Shown piece after piece: positions 52,850 through 64,000 of a DNA stretch of 64,000 bases (position 1 is the first letter of the stretch; each line of letters begins with the position of its first letter). The stretch is from Tubiluchus corallicola. Lineage: Eukaryota; Animalia; Priapulida. The DNA lies in assembly GCA_030141605.1 (NCBI GenBank), contig JAQGDQ010000008.1, forward strand, positions 1,240,001 to 1,304,000. The letters run 5' to 3'. The position numbers and the translations under genes were made by a program. The notes under the pieces are model-generated. The model made no database searches, was not told where the DNA came from, and was given only the letters and a program-made list of their open reading frames with translations.

Positions 52850-55539
52850 CTATTATAAGATAACAAAACACATTATTAGGTAATAAACACAATGAAGAAA
52901 TGTTCAACACAATTAAACACCAATTTACACTAAATAAAAGAAATGTGTATTGTGAATATATTGTTTTACAATAAATGTTAAAAGATGAACAAAAATTTTA
53001 TTATTTTCTCATAATTTTTTGTAAAATTTTTAAGACAAATAACTCGCAGTACATAGAGTAGCAAGTGCACAGTCCAATAGTAAACCCTTTACACAATTGT
53101 GTACTATCTTAATATGGCTCGCATACTTAAGTATAACAGTAATCTACTCTTACGACAAGGAGTTTTAACAATGATCCATAGATCAGGACCGTTTCCATAC
53201 TAATACGCCATAAGACTATCACTGAAAAATCAAATAGTTTCAATTAAAATTAAATATACATCTGTGGTGAGGGATCTGAAAATGAGCTGCACGATTGATT
53301 ATGAAAGGTGCTTGAAGTGAGTCGAAGGTTCAACATTAGAGACGAGAAATGTAAAAAAACACGGAACAATGATTTTTCTGATATGGAGAAGACAGATCAA
53401 ATATTCAACTAGAAGGGTAAATAGAGTGATAAAAGTTACATGAAAAGTATCTTATTTGAAGACTTAAATACTCTGAAATAGTGTGAAGTGAAAACCGAAC
53501 ACAAAAATATAATAATGATAAACACAATTTTTCTGAAGAAGAAGAAGAAAAATTTAGAAAGCCATAAGCAAAAATTATTGAACAAAGTACGTTCCTATGA
53601 GGACAAAATGAACAATATGTGTTGACATATTTGGAACTATAGTTTGCACTAAATTCAACAGAAGGTTTTACTTAAAGGACATCACAAGTTACTAATAGAA
53701 ATTTTAAACAAACTTTAAACATGTCAGAAGTTAGAAACTGAAAACATAAATGCCATCTGTAGGTAAAAACAAAAGCTTTGAAAGTAGCAAGTATGAATTT
53801 TGAGCTCCTTGTAACTATTAAGCTCCTATTGCTAATAATCTTGACATTACATTAATTTTTTGAATTTGATTCGTGCTTGCAAAATAATTAGGAGTAAACT
53901 CGAACTTTGAGCTTGAAATTTTTTTACTCTTTCGGACTCTACCCCAAATTTTGCATTAAAAACAGAAATGCCAGGTGAATTGTCTAGTCTGTAAACAATT
54001 AGCGAGCTGGCATGGAAAAATTATTTGCAAATGGCACAGAGTAGCAAAAGCAATGCCGTTTAGCAGGTCCAGTTAAATATGGTGGTCACATCTAGTGTCA
54101 GAAACTGCAAACTATAAGAAACTGAAGTTTGTGTTCACTCGTTGTGAAACAAAAGTTATACTAAATGAAAACATTCACAAATGCATAAAATGTTCAACGA
54201 ATAAAACACAGTAGTCATGCAGTGAACAAAAATAAACATACAAAAGTAACATAGAATGCAATGAACACATCAAGCAATGAACAGCATGAACTCACACATA
54301 TGTAATGTACGCCATGAAAAGTCGCAAGAAAAGAATATTATCCCTAAGTACAATTACGCTTGTGAAATGAAAATTTGAATATGCATATGCAGTCGATTAA
54401 TGTAATATGTAAGTAACGAAAAGACATTTGCAAAACGAAAAGTTGACTACATATTCACAGCTGATTTATGTAAGCATGAATGAACTGAGATTATGTTTAA
54501 TGAGAGAATACAGGTTTAAATAACCAAGTCCAAGAGAATGTCTCAAATTTATCATTAAATATTAAGTTAACAATTTTTTTTAAATGTCACCATTAAATTA
54601 CCTTCAAAATCATTTCTTTATTCACTTTAAAACGAGAAAAATAAACGGCAAACTTTAAAGCCAGAATAAAAAGCAAAGATAGATGGCAGCACATGACAAA
54701 AGAGCACTAAAACTTGGCGTGCAGCATCAATGGCTATTTTCCATGTTAGTAAAACATTAACAGGGACAAGTGAAGTTGCATAAGTGTCATTTGGAAAATT
54801 GTAACACGTGAAGCACTCTAAGCACAGCTTATATAGAAAATGCGAGAGTGACTTTGACTTTAAATTTTGTAAGTGATTGTTACACTTATTATAAATACAT
54901 ATTCTGTCTATCTGCACTATGAAACTTCCATGCATTAACCAATGGTGCAGTTACAGTTATGTCAGTTACTTTTTGTATATTACATCTTACTGTGTTTTTG
55001 TTAAATAAAACATCATTCAGGTGTCTCATTCAATATAGTGCTAGGTACAGTAGCCAATGATGAGTTCAGATTGTTGACGTAACAAAGTTGTAATACAACA
55101 AATTATCAAACAGTACAGGTTTCTATATCAAATAGGACCATCTTAGTTATGGTCCTGTTCTAGTTCTGGTTCCTACAAAACATATTTTTATGAACCAAAA
55201 CTTACTTTATCATGCATTAATTCACATTTTCAGAGATGATAATGAAATTGAGACTATCAAAAAGTCTTTTCAGAAGGGAGATTAATAAACATGTATATTA
55301 TACAGAGGAATCTGTTCAAATGTGTTTCTACTGAACCCCTAATATGACTCCACAACATTTGCAATAAATTTGGTTAATGTGCCTCTAATACCAGGACAAC
55401 TTATGCAAGTTCAATTGTAATCATACCAGTAAGGAAATGTTACTTTACGAACTGACAAAAAAATTTGACTCACTGACGACAAAACAAGTGCAAAAATGAA
55501 AGGTCGACATACTCTTTGAACTTGCGTATTTATACCCAC

Positions 55540-55692
55540 CAGGTGTCAGCAGCGGTTTCTTAAATTTCCCACCTCCTGCTTTCATGTCTTGATTAGTTTC
55601 GTCTTTGTCTGGTTCACTCACACGTCGTTCCGGAGTCGAAGTGTCGCTAGGTACTTCTGGTTCAGGAGATTTTTCCGGAGCTTTCTTCTTTC
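55540..55692 (-). CDS. unc-22: twitchin-like exon: PEVK-like (KKKAPEKSPEPEVPSDTSTPERRVSEPDKDETNQDMKAGGGKFKKPLLTP)
   Basis: acgcag acceptor, G|GTGGGT donor (alternative in-frame donor would extend the exon to 55513), phase 1-1. Confidence 0.85.
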
Positions 55693-56215
55693 CTGCGTGT
55701 AAATTTCAAACATTGATGTGATTGATTTGAAGCAGATAGCAGGTAAAAACACGTTCTGCATATTTAGATCTCAAAAACGACAAGTCTTATTAAGCAGGGT
55801 ACGAGAGAAATAACTGAGTGGCCTTCCTGCACTTCACTACAAAAGTTAAGCAGCGCCAATATAAAATTTTTAAATGAAGGGGTGATAAGGAGAAAATTGC
55901 TTCTAGGCAGTTTTAACTGCTTTACTGCTCCAGTTATTTCTTCAGTTATGCACCTACAAACCTGGCCAAGACACCTTTGCTAGTTCGGTGCCTCATCTTA
56001 GACAAATATCCTTCAGCATAAGCCAACCTCATGTACGAATATAACTACAATTACAACTACAACTACGTAACAATAGTGATATGACCCAGCTAGGTTTTGA
56101 GTGCTACACTTGTTTGTAGGGTGTCAAACTGTATAAATAACTAAAATCATATACGCCAGTCGATACCAGAATAATTTTCAAGTCCATTGAGTTGCTTTTA
56201 ATTAAAATCGAATTA

Positions 56216-57008
56216 AAAACGGGGAAAATATAAAAAATTGTGATTTGCATACTGGAAATATATTAAAAAATTTCTAAATCAATGTCCTTCTACTACACAC
56301 AATTATCAAGGACTAAGAATACACAAAATGTAAGAACATCCACACTACTCTGTTACACCCATACCACCAGGCAGTATAGAATTACAATTTGGTGCAAATA
56401 AATTACACCATAAGCAATCTACAAGATTTGATTTTGTTATCGTAAAAAACACAACAGCACGAGGGAGGTCTTTTGAAAGCACTTGTGACGCAGCGAATCC
56501 TTTTAGGAGTATTAAAGTCTCTGCAAAACTGAGGAATTCAATTTGTGAATAAAACACAAGAAGTGAATGCAGTTCAAGTGCCCGATGGCTTGTCTGGTGG
56601 AATTAATTATAAATATATATATATAACCTGGTGGTGCAGCTTCATCCAACCCAACAGTCTTTTTCCCCATAGTTTCATCGACTGGTTCTGGTTGAGGTTC
56701 CGCCTCACCAGCTTTGGGAGTCTTTTTCTTCTTTTTCACTTTCTGCAATACCAATAAAAATAGAAAGTGGTTTCGTTTAAGACTGCTTCATAATTTATCA
56801 AAAACGGGGAAAATATAAAAAATTGTGATTTGCATACTGGAAATATATTTAAAAAATTTCTAAATCAATGTCCTTCTACTACACACAATCATCAAGGACT
56901 AAGAATACACAAAATGTAAGAACATCCACACTACTCTGTTACACTCATACCACCAGGCAGTATAGAATTACAATTTGGTGCAAATAATTTACACCATAAG
57001 CAGTCTAC
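56216..57008. repeat. About 207-bp near-identical direct repeats (56216-56422 and 56801-57008) flanking exon 56628-56742
   Basis: Both copies run aaaacggggaaaatataaaaaattgtg...acaccataagca.tctac with only about 5 differences. Confidence 0.95.
56628..56742 (-). CDS. unc-22: twitchin-like exon: PEVK-like (KVKKKKKTPKAGEAEPQPEPVDETMGKKTVGLDEAAPP)
   Basis: ttgcag acceptor, G|GTTATA donor, phase 0-1. Confidence 0.85.
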
Positions 57009-57358
57009 CTTTTAAAGCTGTTACAAAGGTAACGTTTTAAAGCACTGCTTTATTCTGTTTTCATACACCACTAGCATTTTCTCGCAATGAAGACAGCCGA
57101 AATTGAGTCAAGTCAAATGCTTGATTTTTAGAATTTACAGAATCAAAGGAGCTGCTAATCATTTTAGCTGTATATTACTTACATGGTACATTATACCTGT
57201 GAAATCTATTGTCCGAATCTCTAGATCAGGGCTCAGGAAAAGGTTTTCCAGGGATTTTTAATATCGTAGATTTTTACAAATTGTATGAATGACAAATCAT
57301 TACTTAATTACACAGATTATTTTAGCTAATCCATTAGCATGTTCTTTAGAGTTCCCAC

Positions 57359-57457
57359 CTTGACAACCTTCTTTTTTGTAATTTCTCCTGGAACTGCTGG
57401 TTCCGCCTCTTCTTCATCCTCGACAGCAGGACTGGCTTCCCTTGACCGTTCTTCAGG
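57359..57457 (-). CDS. unc-22: twitchin-like exon: PEVK-like (PEERSREASPAVEDEEEAEPAVPGEITKKKVVK)
   Basis: atag acceptor, AAG|GTGGGA donor, 99 nt, phase 0-0. Confidence 0.82.
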
Positions 57458-57880
57458 CTATCATCATGAAAATACTGACTTACTGAACTGAAAATCACTA
57501 CTGACGCCATTTCATGTAGGAAACAACAAAAACAAAAATGCTTTTCCGAGAACTTTGTTTTCGAAGTAATAATACTAATGTGAACATTTTGTTTGAAACG
57601 TAAAACTAAAAGAAAACTTAAGAGCATTTTTGAGCAAATTTTACAGTATAGCAACATTTGTCAAATTCGATTGTGAGTGATATGAATTTTCCTCAATTTA
57701 AATATAGGTATTTAATGTACAAATAATAAGCTAAAAAATGGAAAATCTATGCCCTTAAAGTCACTAAGCTATATGGCATTACAGTCATACAACTAGCGAA
57801 AGGCTAAGTTTTTCTGCAATTATGTCGAAATTGATAATAAATAAAAGAATGTGCAATGTTAGCAGCACATAGTCACATAC

Positions 57881-58510
57881 CTCTTCTTTTGGTTTCAGCC
57901 GTTCTGCTGCTTTTTTCTTCTCTTCATCCTCTTTTTGCTTCTGCACTTCCTCTTCTTTCTGTTTGCGCTTTCTTTGTTCCTCTTCCTCTCTTTGTTTTTT
58001 CTGCTTTGCTTCTTCGTCTTTTTTCTTTGCCTCTTCTTCTTTCTGCTTTTTCTTTTTAATTTCTTCTTCTTCCTTTTGCTTTTTAGCTTTAATTTCTTCC
58101 TCCTCTTTCTGCTTTTTCTTGTTGGCTTCTTCTTCTTCCTTTTGTTTTTTTACTTTTAGTTCTTCCTCTTCTTTTTGCTTTTTCTTCTTTGCTTCTTCTT
58201 CTTTTTGCTTTTTGTTTTTAGCTTCCTCTTCTTCTTGCTTCTTTTTTGCCTCTTCTTGTTTTTTCGTCTCCTCCTCCTCCTCTTTTTGCTTTTTCCTTTT
58301 AGCTTCTTCTTCTTCCTTCTGTTTCTTCTTAGCTTCCTCTTCCTTCTTCTTCTTCTCTTCTTGTTCTTTTTGCTTCTTCTTTTTCTCTTCTTCTTCTTTC
58401 TGCTTATTCTTTTTCTCTTCTTCTTCTTTTTGTTTCTTTTTAGCCTCTTCTTCTGCTTTCTTCTTGGCTTCCTCCTCTGCCTTCTTTTTCTTCTTCAAAA
58501 GCTTTAGTCG
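57881..58510 (-). CDS. unc-22: twitchin-like exon: 210-aa K/E-rich repeat (single-alpha-helix-like)
   Basis: ttttaatag acceptor, GAG|GTATGT donor, 630 nt, phase 0-0; KKKKQKEEEE(A) repeats. Confidence 0.85.
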
Positions 58511-59159
58511 CTATTAAAAACAATAACATATCATCAATATCCGATTTAACAACTTCTTACAGTTTATTGTTTAACAAAAGAAAAGCCTTCATTGCGTTAA
58601 TTCATCCTTGTAGTTTGTATGTCCAAAAATACAATATTACTTTCCCTATAATACCAAAAACTAAAACAATAAAAGAATGGATGGTTCATTGTCAATGGTT
58701 ATCTAATCATATGACTGGGATACTTTTTACATAGGCCTGCATAATAATTAGGAGATTTTGCATGACATTTAAGCAATTTAAACAAACTTTGCACAAACAC
58801 AAACTTCAGTAGTTATAATGAAGATACTCGCCGTACAACAATCAGCAATTAACAGTAACACAAGTTTGTGGAAAAAAGTCCTTTATGAGGATCTGTTTTC
58901 AAAATTCTCGATAAAAGTTTTCAGAATAGATTTCAGTTTTCAGGCTTCAATTTGATGAAATTAACACCTTATCACAAAGAAAAGCTTTCTGTTTTCTAAT
59001 TTTGAATAACACGTTAATACGGAAATTGATTAAACAAACAGAGGACAGATGTAGAGGTACAGACCCATGCCCTCTCGTGAAATCAAATTATTAGATGCTG
59101 GAAAAATTGCCATATTAATTAGTTAGATATAAGCACTGTAACTGTCAGCTTACTCAGCC

Positions 59160-59320
59160 TGATTGACATATTTTGACATTATGACCTTGACCTTTGAGCT
59201 CTTGAAGCAAAAAGGAATGAGTTTCCAGGTTTTGGCATGATATGCTATTCAAGTATCCTGATTATAGCTTCATCTGTCGACTTTATTGTGTAAACAAACA
59301 GACATATAGACGATACTAAA
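59160..59320. repeat. Interspersed repeat fragment (TGACCTTGACCTTTGA family)
   Basis: atgaccttgacctttgag followed by aaacaaacagac, a layout I recognise as a common invertebrate interspersed repeat; a possibly related fragment lies at about 8030-8190. Confidence 0.4.
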
Positions 59321-61886
59321 CAATAATATTTAAAATCCAGCAGCCATATATAACACTGAAGCAACTTCCACGTTAATTTTTGTATACATTTTGTCATTCC
59401 CCATTTAAACATCAGCTAGAATAAAAGCTTTTATAATGGTCATGAAGAAAAAGTCTTGCACTAAAAGTCTCTAACAGTTCATTTACTGGTTCTTAACAAG
59501 TTAATTAATGAAATGATTTGCTCAAATTTTCTGTTTTGAACTTTTGAAGAACCAAGAATATCCTAACTAATCACTCCTCATACCAAATTTTAACTCAACT
59601 GGATAAATACTTTTGTAGCTGAAAAAAGAAAAGCCACTATATAGATGCGACCATTCTGCTTCGGCACTGAGATTTATGGGATACAGATAATGCAATACAG
59701 TAGTTTCCCGAACCAGAAAAGCTGGTCAACAAACATTGGAGTAACTCCGCCAGACACTTTACGTGTCCAATTTGAAGATTTGGTTTCTGTTCAACCAACA
59801 AGTAGTGCCTAGCAGCAGCTATATATAACCTGCCACCAGATCAGAACAGCTAATACATGAAGCCTGCAAAAACCACATCCTGAGCAGCAGCGAGTAATAT
59901 TACTTCTCTAAAATGTTCACTGCCTCGAGAAGAAGAGTTTTACATCTCCAGGCCTTTATAATTATCTCCAAATTGATGTTATGAAGCAAATGGCAGCATT
60001 AAAAACTTGCTAAACCTGTAGTAATCAACTTAAGACTTACAATCCCTTTGTGATTTCTTATAATGCCAGGTTGACTGCTTTACCAATGTTGTTTACAATG
60101 GCAATAGTGCCTAGTGAACTAACTTGTAAACTTCCGTGTATACAAGTTTAAGCATTATCTCTAGGTTGTAACTGAGCCAAATATTTTCTCAAATGAAGCA
60201 TTAGATTAGCTGTGATGCCCACTATTATTCTTTTATTAGCACCTTGTGCTTAGCACTTACACCGTAATCTGTATTGTAAATCCACTTTAAATAAATAGCG
60301 TTTAAACAAAATAAACTAACTTTACCAATTTCACATCGAAGATTCAAGTAATAGCAATAGCATACTCATTAAACTGTTATTCTCTTGAATCTAACAGTCA
60401 TATCTATATGCAGTAGTTGATGAAGGGCAGCAAAAAACAGAGGTCTGAAATCACCAGCAGTCGTACTTACAACTTCCGCTACCTCTATCCACGACTTTGA
60501 AAGTTTACACTGCACCAGTACTCGTTATTTTTTATGATTCAACTCATTTATTAACCATATTATGTACAGTAAGTCCTGCTTAACAACTCCTCATGTGACG
60601 ACGATTCGTTTTAATGACACTGATTTTTTTACAGCTTTTCTTCACTTAGCGATGCGTGAGGCACTTTAACTAACAAGTGCTGAAATTTTGTTTACTGCAC
60701 TTGCATTTAATGAAGAAGACCTATTAAGAGAATCACCTTAGTAATAACTTGCCTTTCTTAGCAGTCAGAGGCTGGCAGCGATGATTCATTGCTGACCACT
60801 TGCTAATTTCTAGTGCTTTCCCCCACGTGTGTAGAATTGAAATTCCTCTGACAAAAACCTCTCACATTATATTCTGGTTAATTATAGCTGCGTTCACCTC
60901 ATTTGCATGCATGTTATCAGAAAAACAGCAATGCTAGAAGTATTTTGCAGGAGTGTTAAACAGAAATGGTTAGTGTTAAACATCAACACGAAGCTTTTAA
61001 ATACAGCATTGATGCTGGGCTTCAAATTTTTTGTGAAAATAACCTGCATAAAGAACAAAGTTCAGAAGTGAGACATGATGTTGTCAATGTTTTAGTGTTG
61101 AAAATAAGTTTTAGCAGAAAAAAAGAGTCTGTGCAACCAACGCTAGATTTGTTTTTTAAAAAAACAAGCACGGAAAGAAAAGGAAGATGCAAAAATGGCA
61201 TAAAAGAATCAATCAGAGAAAGATAAATTTATGCAAGAAAGAAAATCTATGTTTCAAATTTGAAATTTCATTGCAAATTTTGGTTGACTTTAACTTTTAG
61301 TTAAAAATTGTCAAGAATAAAGGTCATAAGATGTCTGATTTATAGGCCAAGCATTATTAATTTTTGCATAGCAGGTAACTGAGAGTTTTGCATTGCCAGA
61401 CATTATTGACTTTTTTTCTTCATGGCAACTTAGTGAGCCCTCTTACGCACGTCAAGCATTATCGATCTGTGGGTTAGGAACACAAATGGATGTTTTACAT
61501 TGTTTTCTATGGCAGCCACCGTTTTATATAAGGATGTCTCCCTTAACCACACATTTTGCTGGAATGCATTAGGGTCATTAAGCTAGGACTTACTGTAACT
61601 ACGTTCCGGCATGCGTGGTGTTTTTTAATGCAAACGAAAAAGTGCCTTACCATAGTTAGGTTATTAAGTTTTGAAATAATGCTAAAATTTATCATGCAAT
61701 GACAGAACAAACAAAAAAACAAGTTGTCTATAAAAGGTTCCCTGCATACTCTGAAAATCATGTTACCAAGGGAAATCGAAAGTTCACAGATGCTACTTGT
61801 AAAAAACTATCAAAAGTAGAATCAAATTAGATAAACAAAGAAGCAAAGATACACAGTTAGGATGACAATCAGCCATAAGATGTTAC

Positions 61887-61948
61887 CTCTTCTTCTTCTT
61901 CTTCCTCGTCCTTTTCGTCAATTTCAGGTTCTTGGTCCTTCTTCTCTT
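61887..61948 (-). CDS. unc-22: twitchin-like exon: acidic linker (EKKDQEPEIDEKDEEEEEEE)
   Basis: tttttgcag acceptor, GAG|GTAAC donor, phase 1-0 bridges its neighbours. Confidence 0.85.
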
Positions 61949-62621
61949 CTGCAAAAATGAAAAAGCGATGTTACTTCAAATTCTGAATTTCAATTAGTGA
62001 GCTCATTTACTGATAAAAGTCTTACATGTTAAATTAATTTTACATTATCTTTTTGTTCATCCAGTTTTTTCCTTCATACATACAAGCCAACACTAGGTTA
62101 ACAATTAAAATATTAAATCAATTAAAAAATCAAATCTATGTAGGATGTAACAACTGATGCTTTACAGAATGACAAAAGCGTCATTCTATGGATGAAATTA
62201 TGCAAATATATTAGCTTAAACTCAATAAATGTTGATGTAGTTAAACCTGCATACCACGAGTTTATTAGTACTATAGACTATTGATAGTACTGAAACAATC
62301 CACAATTAGTAAAAATTTTGAAACCAAATTGAACCTAAAAACTTTTAAATGAAAATGTCAGAAGTACGCCTAGAGTACTCATGGTCCAAGCGTACAAATG
62401 TACAATGTCAGAGTACAAATTCCAAAGCCATTCCCACTAGAACATACAACCACCTGTCGTCATGATAGTAATTTAGTCCTTACAACTCACCAAAGAATTC
62501 AATGTGTATTTAACGAAACACCCACAGCAGCTTTATGGTTACACTGATTTTTAAATTTTTGCTTACCAAACCATTGAATTTGTCTCTCAAAATTAACCAA
62601 TCATATAAAAAGTTTTCTCAC

Positions 62622-62788
62622 CTTCAATATTAAGTGAAGCAGTACACTTATTTTTCCCTTTCTTGTTGATAATCTCGCACGACCAATCGCCAGAATCAGC
62701 TGGAGTGGCGTCAACGATAGTCAAACGGTAAATGTCTCCTTCCTGGGTTATTTTGTAGTTCTTTGATGGCTTTATAAGCACACCATTT
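62622..62788 (-). CDS. unc-22: twitchin-like exon: Ig C-terminal half (NGVLIKPSKNYKITQEGDIYRLTIVDATPADSGDWSCEIINKKGKNKCTASLNIE)
   Basis: ttgcag acceptor, G|GTGAGA donor, phase 2-1, DSGxWxC motif. Confidence 0.92.
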
Positions 62789-63018
62789 CTGCAAAAAATG
62801 CAAAATTGTAAACAAAGTTGCATGAGTTCAAAAAAACATTACTAAAACAATTAATGCATTTTATATTATAATTTGTTATATCGGAATTTATATTGGTTAA
62901 AATATTGAAATTAGTGAAATACACTGGCATAAAAAGTCTTGCCTATAAATAAAAAATAAAAAGGTTATAGTCACTTTTACCACTTGTTTGTCCATAATTT
63001 AAAATAGCCATAACTTAC

Positions 63019-63153
63019 CTGTACCAGTTGACCTTTTCCGGATTTCCTCCAGCTGATACCATCCAGATAATTGAATCGCCCACTTGGCCATGTTGAGGAC
63101 GCAGCTTGGTCTTAAACGATGGTGTTTCTACGTCTTCAATCTTGATCTCTGTC
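63019..63153 (-). CDS. unc-22: twitchin-like exon: start of Ig domain (TEIKIEDVETPSFKTKLRPQHGQVGDSIIWMVSAGGNPEKVNWYR)
   Basis: ttttag acceptor, AG|GTAAGT donor, phase 2-2, Ig A-C strands. Confidence 0.85.
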
Positions 63154-63624
63154 CTAAAATTCGACAATAATTAAATATGGCATAAAAATTGTCACAGTCA
63201 TGATGTTCCATTAGCTAGCTTCGCCGGAAAAACATATACAATTAGTGTGACACCAAGATTTTTTGTAAGTTTGTATGAAGATTTGAAAAACCGGGTAGCA
63301 AATACAGAAACAAATGACGTACTACATTGCAGACTACAGCTGTTCTGCACAGCAAAAATACTATTAATGATTTTAAAAGATGAATATTAACGATTTTAAT
63401 CAAAAATTCACATTTATTGAATAGCATCATTATACCAAGTTACCAATAATGCCAATTCTGCACACACAGACATTATTTTTAGCTAGTTGCTAAATGATCA
63501 GCTTCATGTTTTTAGTCAACAAGGGCTGGCTAGGTTAAGTTAGCCAAGTGGAATACTTTTTTTATTGAAAAAAGAAGAAGCAGCAGGAGAGTGACACAGG
63601 AAAAAGAAAACATCGTTATAACTA

Positions 63625-64000
63625 CAGTCAACCTCAGGTATAAAGTACTCGCTTAAAATGAAGATTTTTACATAGGAAAAACATTATAAAAAAATCGGGA
63701 CCGGTGTTGGTGGTCCCTTATAAGTCCGATTTTTTTGTAATGTTTTTCCTATGTAAAAATCTTCGTATATAAGGTACTCGGATATAAGGGACTTTCGGTT
63801 ATAAGGGACAATATCTTCAGGTAATAGAAACCCTGGTAAATTACCTCGCATATAAGGGACTCTATGATCAAAGCGAAATTGATCGATTTTTAACCTCAAT
63901 TTTTCGCAAACTCGGCCTTCGAACAGCTTGGTTTCCGCGATCACATACATCTCGCATCACTGAAGGAGTTTCCTACATACCGTTTGCACTGAATGTGTAG
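63625..64000. mobile_element. Tc1/mariner (pogo-like) MITE, right end not seen in window
   Basis: TA-CAGTCAACCTC terminus, repeated tataagggac subterminal motifs, internal 39-bp inverted repeat. Confidence 0.6.

Larger units (their letters stand above)
1..63153 (-). other. unc-22: Partial gene: twitchin/projectin (titin-family giant muscle protein); 35 spliced exons, both ends outside the window
   Basis: 35 GT-AG-bounded exons join with consistent phases into one ORF of I-set Ig and Fn3 domains (e.g. DLKWTPPTKDGGAPIEKYIIEKK, YKFRVKAINPEGESEP) in an Ig-Fn-Fn pattern, preceded by a PEVK-like linker and a DFRxxL motif. Confidence 0.9.

Noticed and set aside
57856-58517. Four plus-strand ORFs rich in F/L/S
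   Set aside because: Antisense shadows of the K/E-rich exon
63684-63950. 88-aa minus-strand ORF
   Set aside because: Lies within a MITE; no Ig motif or compatible splice sites

Overview
AT-rich animal (invertebrate) genomic DNA. The whole window lies inside one giant muscle-protein gene on the minus strand. I could hand-splice 35 GT-AG exons (about 5.3 kb, roughly 1,760 codons) whose phases all join in frame. N to C they encode: Ig - a ~620-aa charged linker (a 210-aa K/E single-alpha-helix-like exon plus PEVK-like exons) - Ig - a DFRNLL/RRRSS linker - 5 x Ig - Fn3 - Fn3 - Ig - Fn3 - start of Fn3. This order matches the N-terminal half of twitchin (unc-22/projectin family) as I recall it for molluscan catch-muscle twitchin. 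The gene begins beyond 64000 and continues below 1; the kinase domain is not in the window. Introns hold hAT and Tc1/mariner-type MITEs, an RTE-like LINE remnant, and mini- and microsatellites. The most notable observations are the SAH cassette exon, the expanded multi-PKA-site spring region, several in-frame 3-18 nt microexon candidates, two candidate internal first exons, a possible recursive splice site, and an unexplained exon-like island at about 42.3-47.3 kb. No prokaryotic systems such as CRISPR were found. All alternative-splicing calls are sequence-only predictions.
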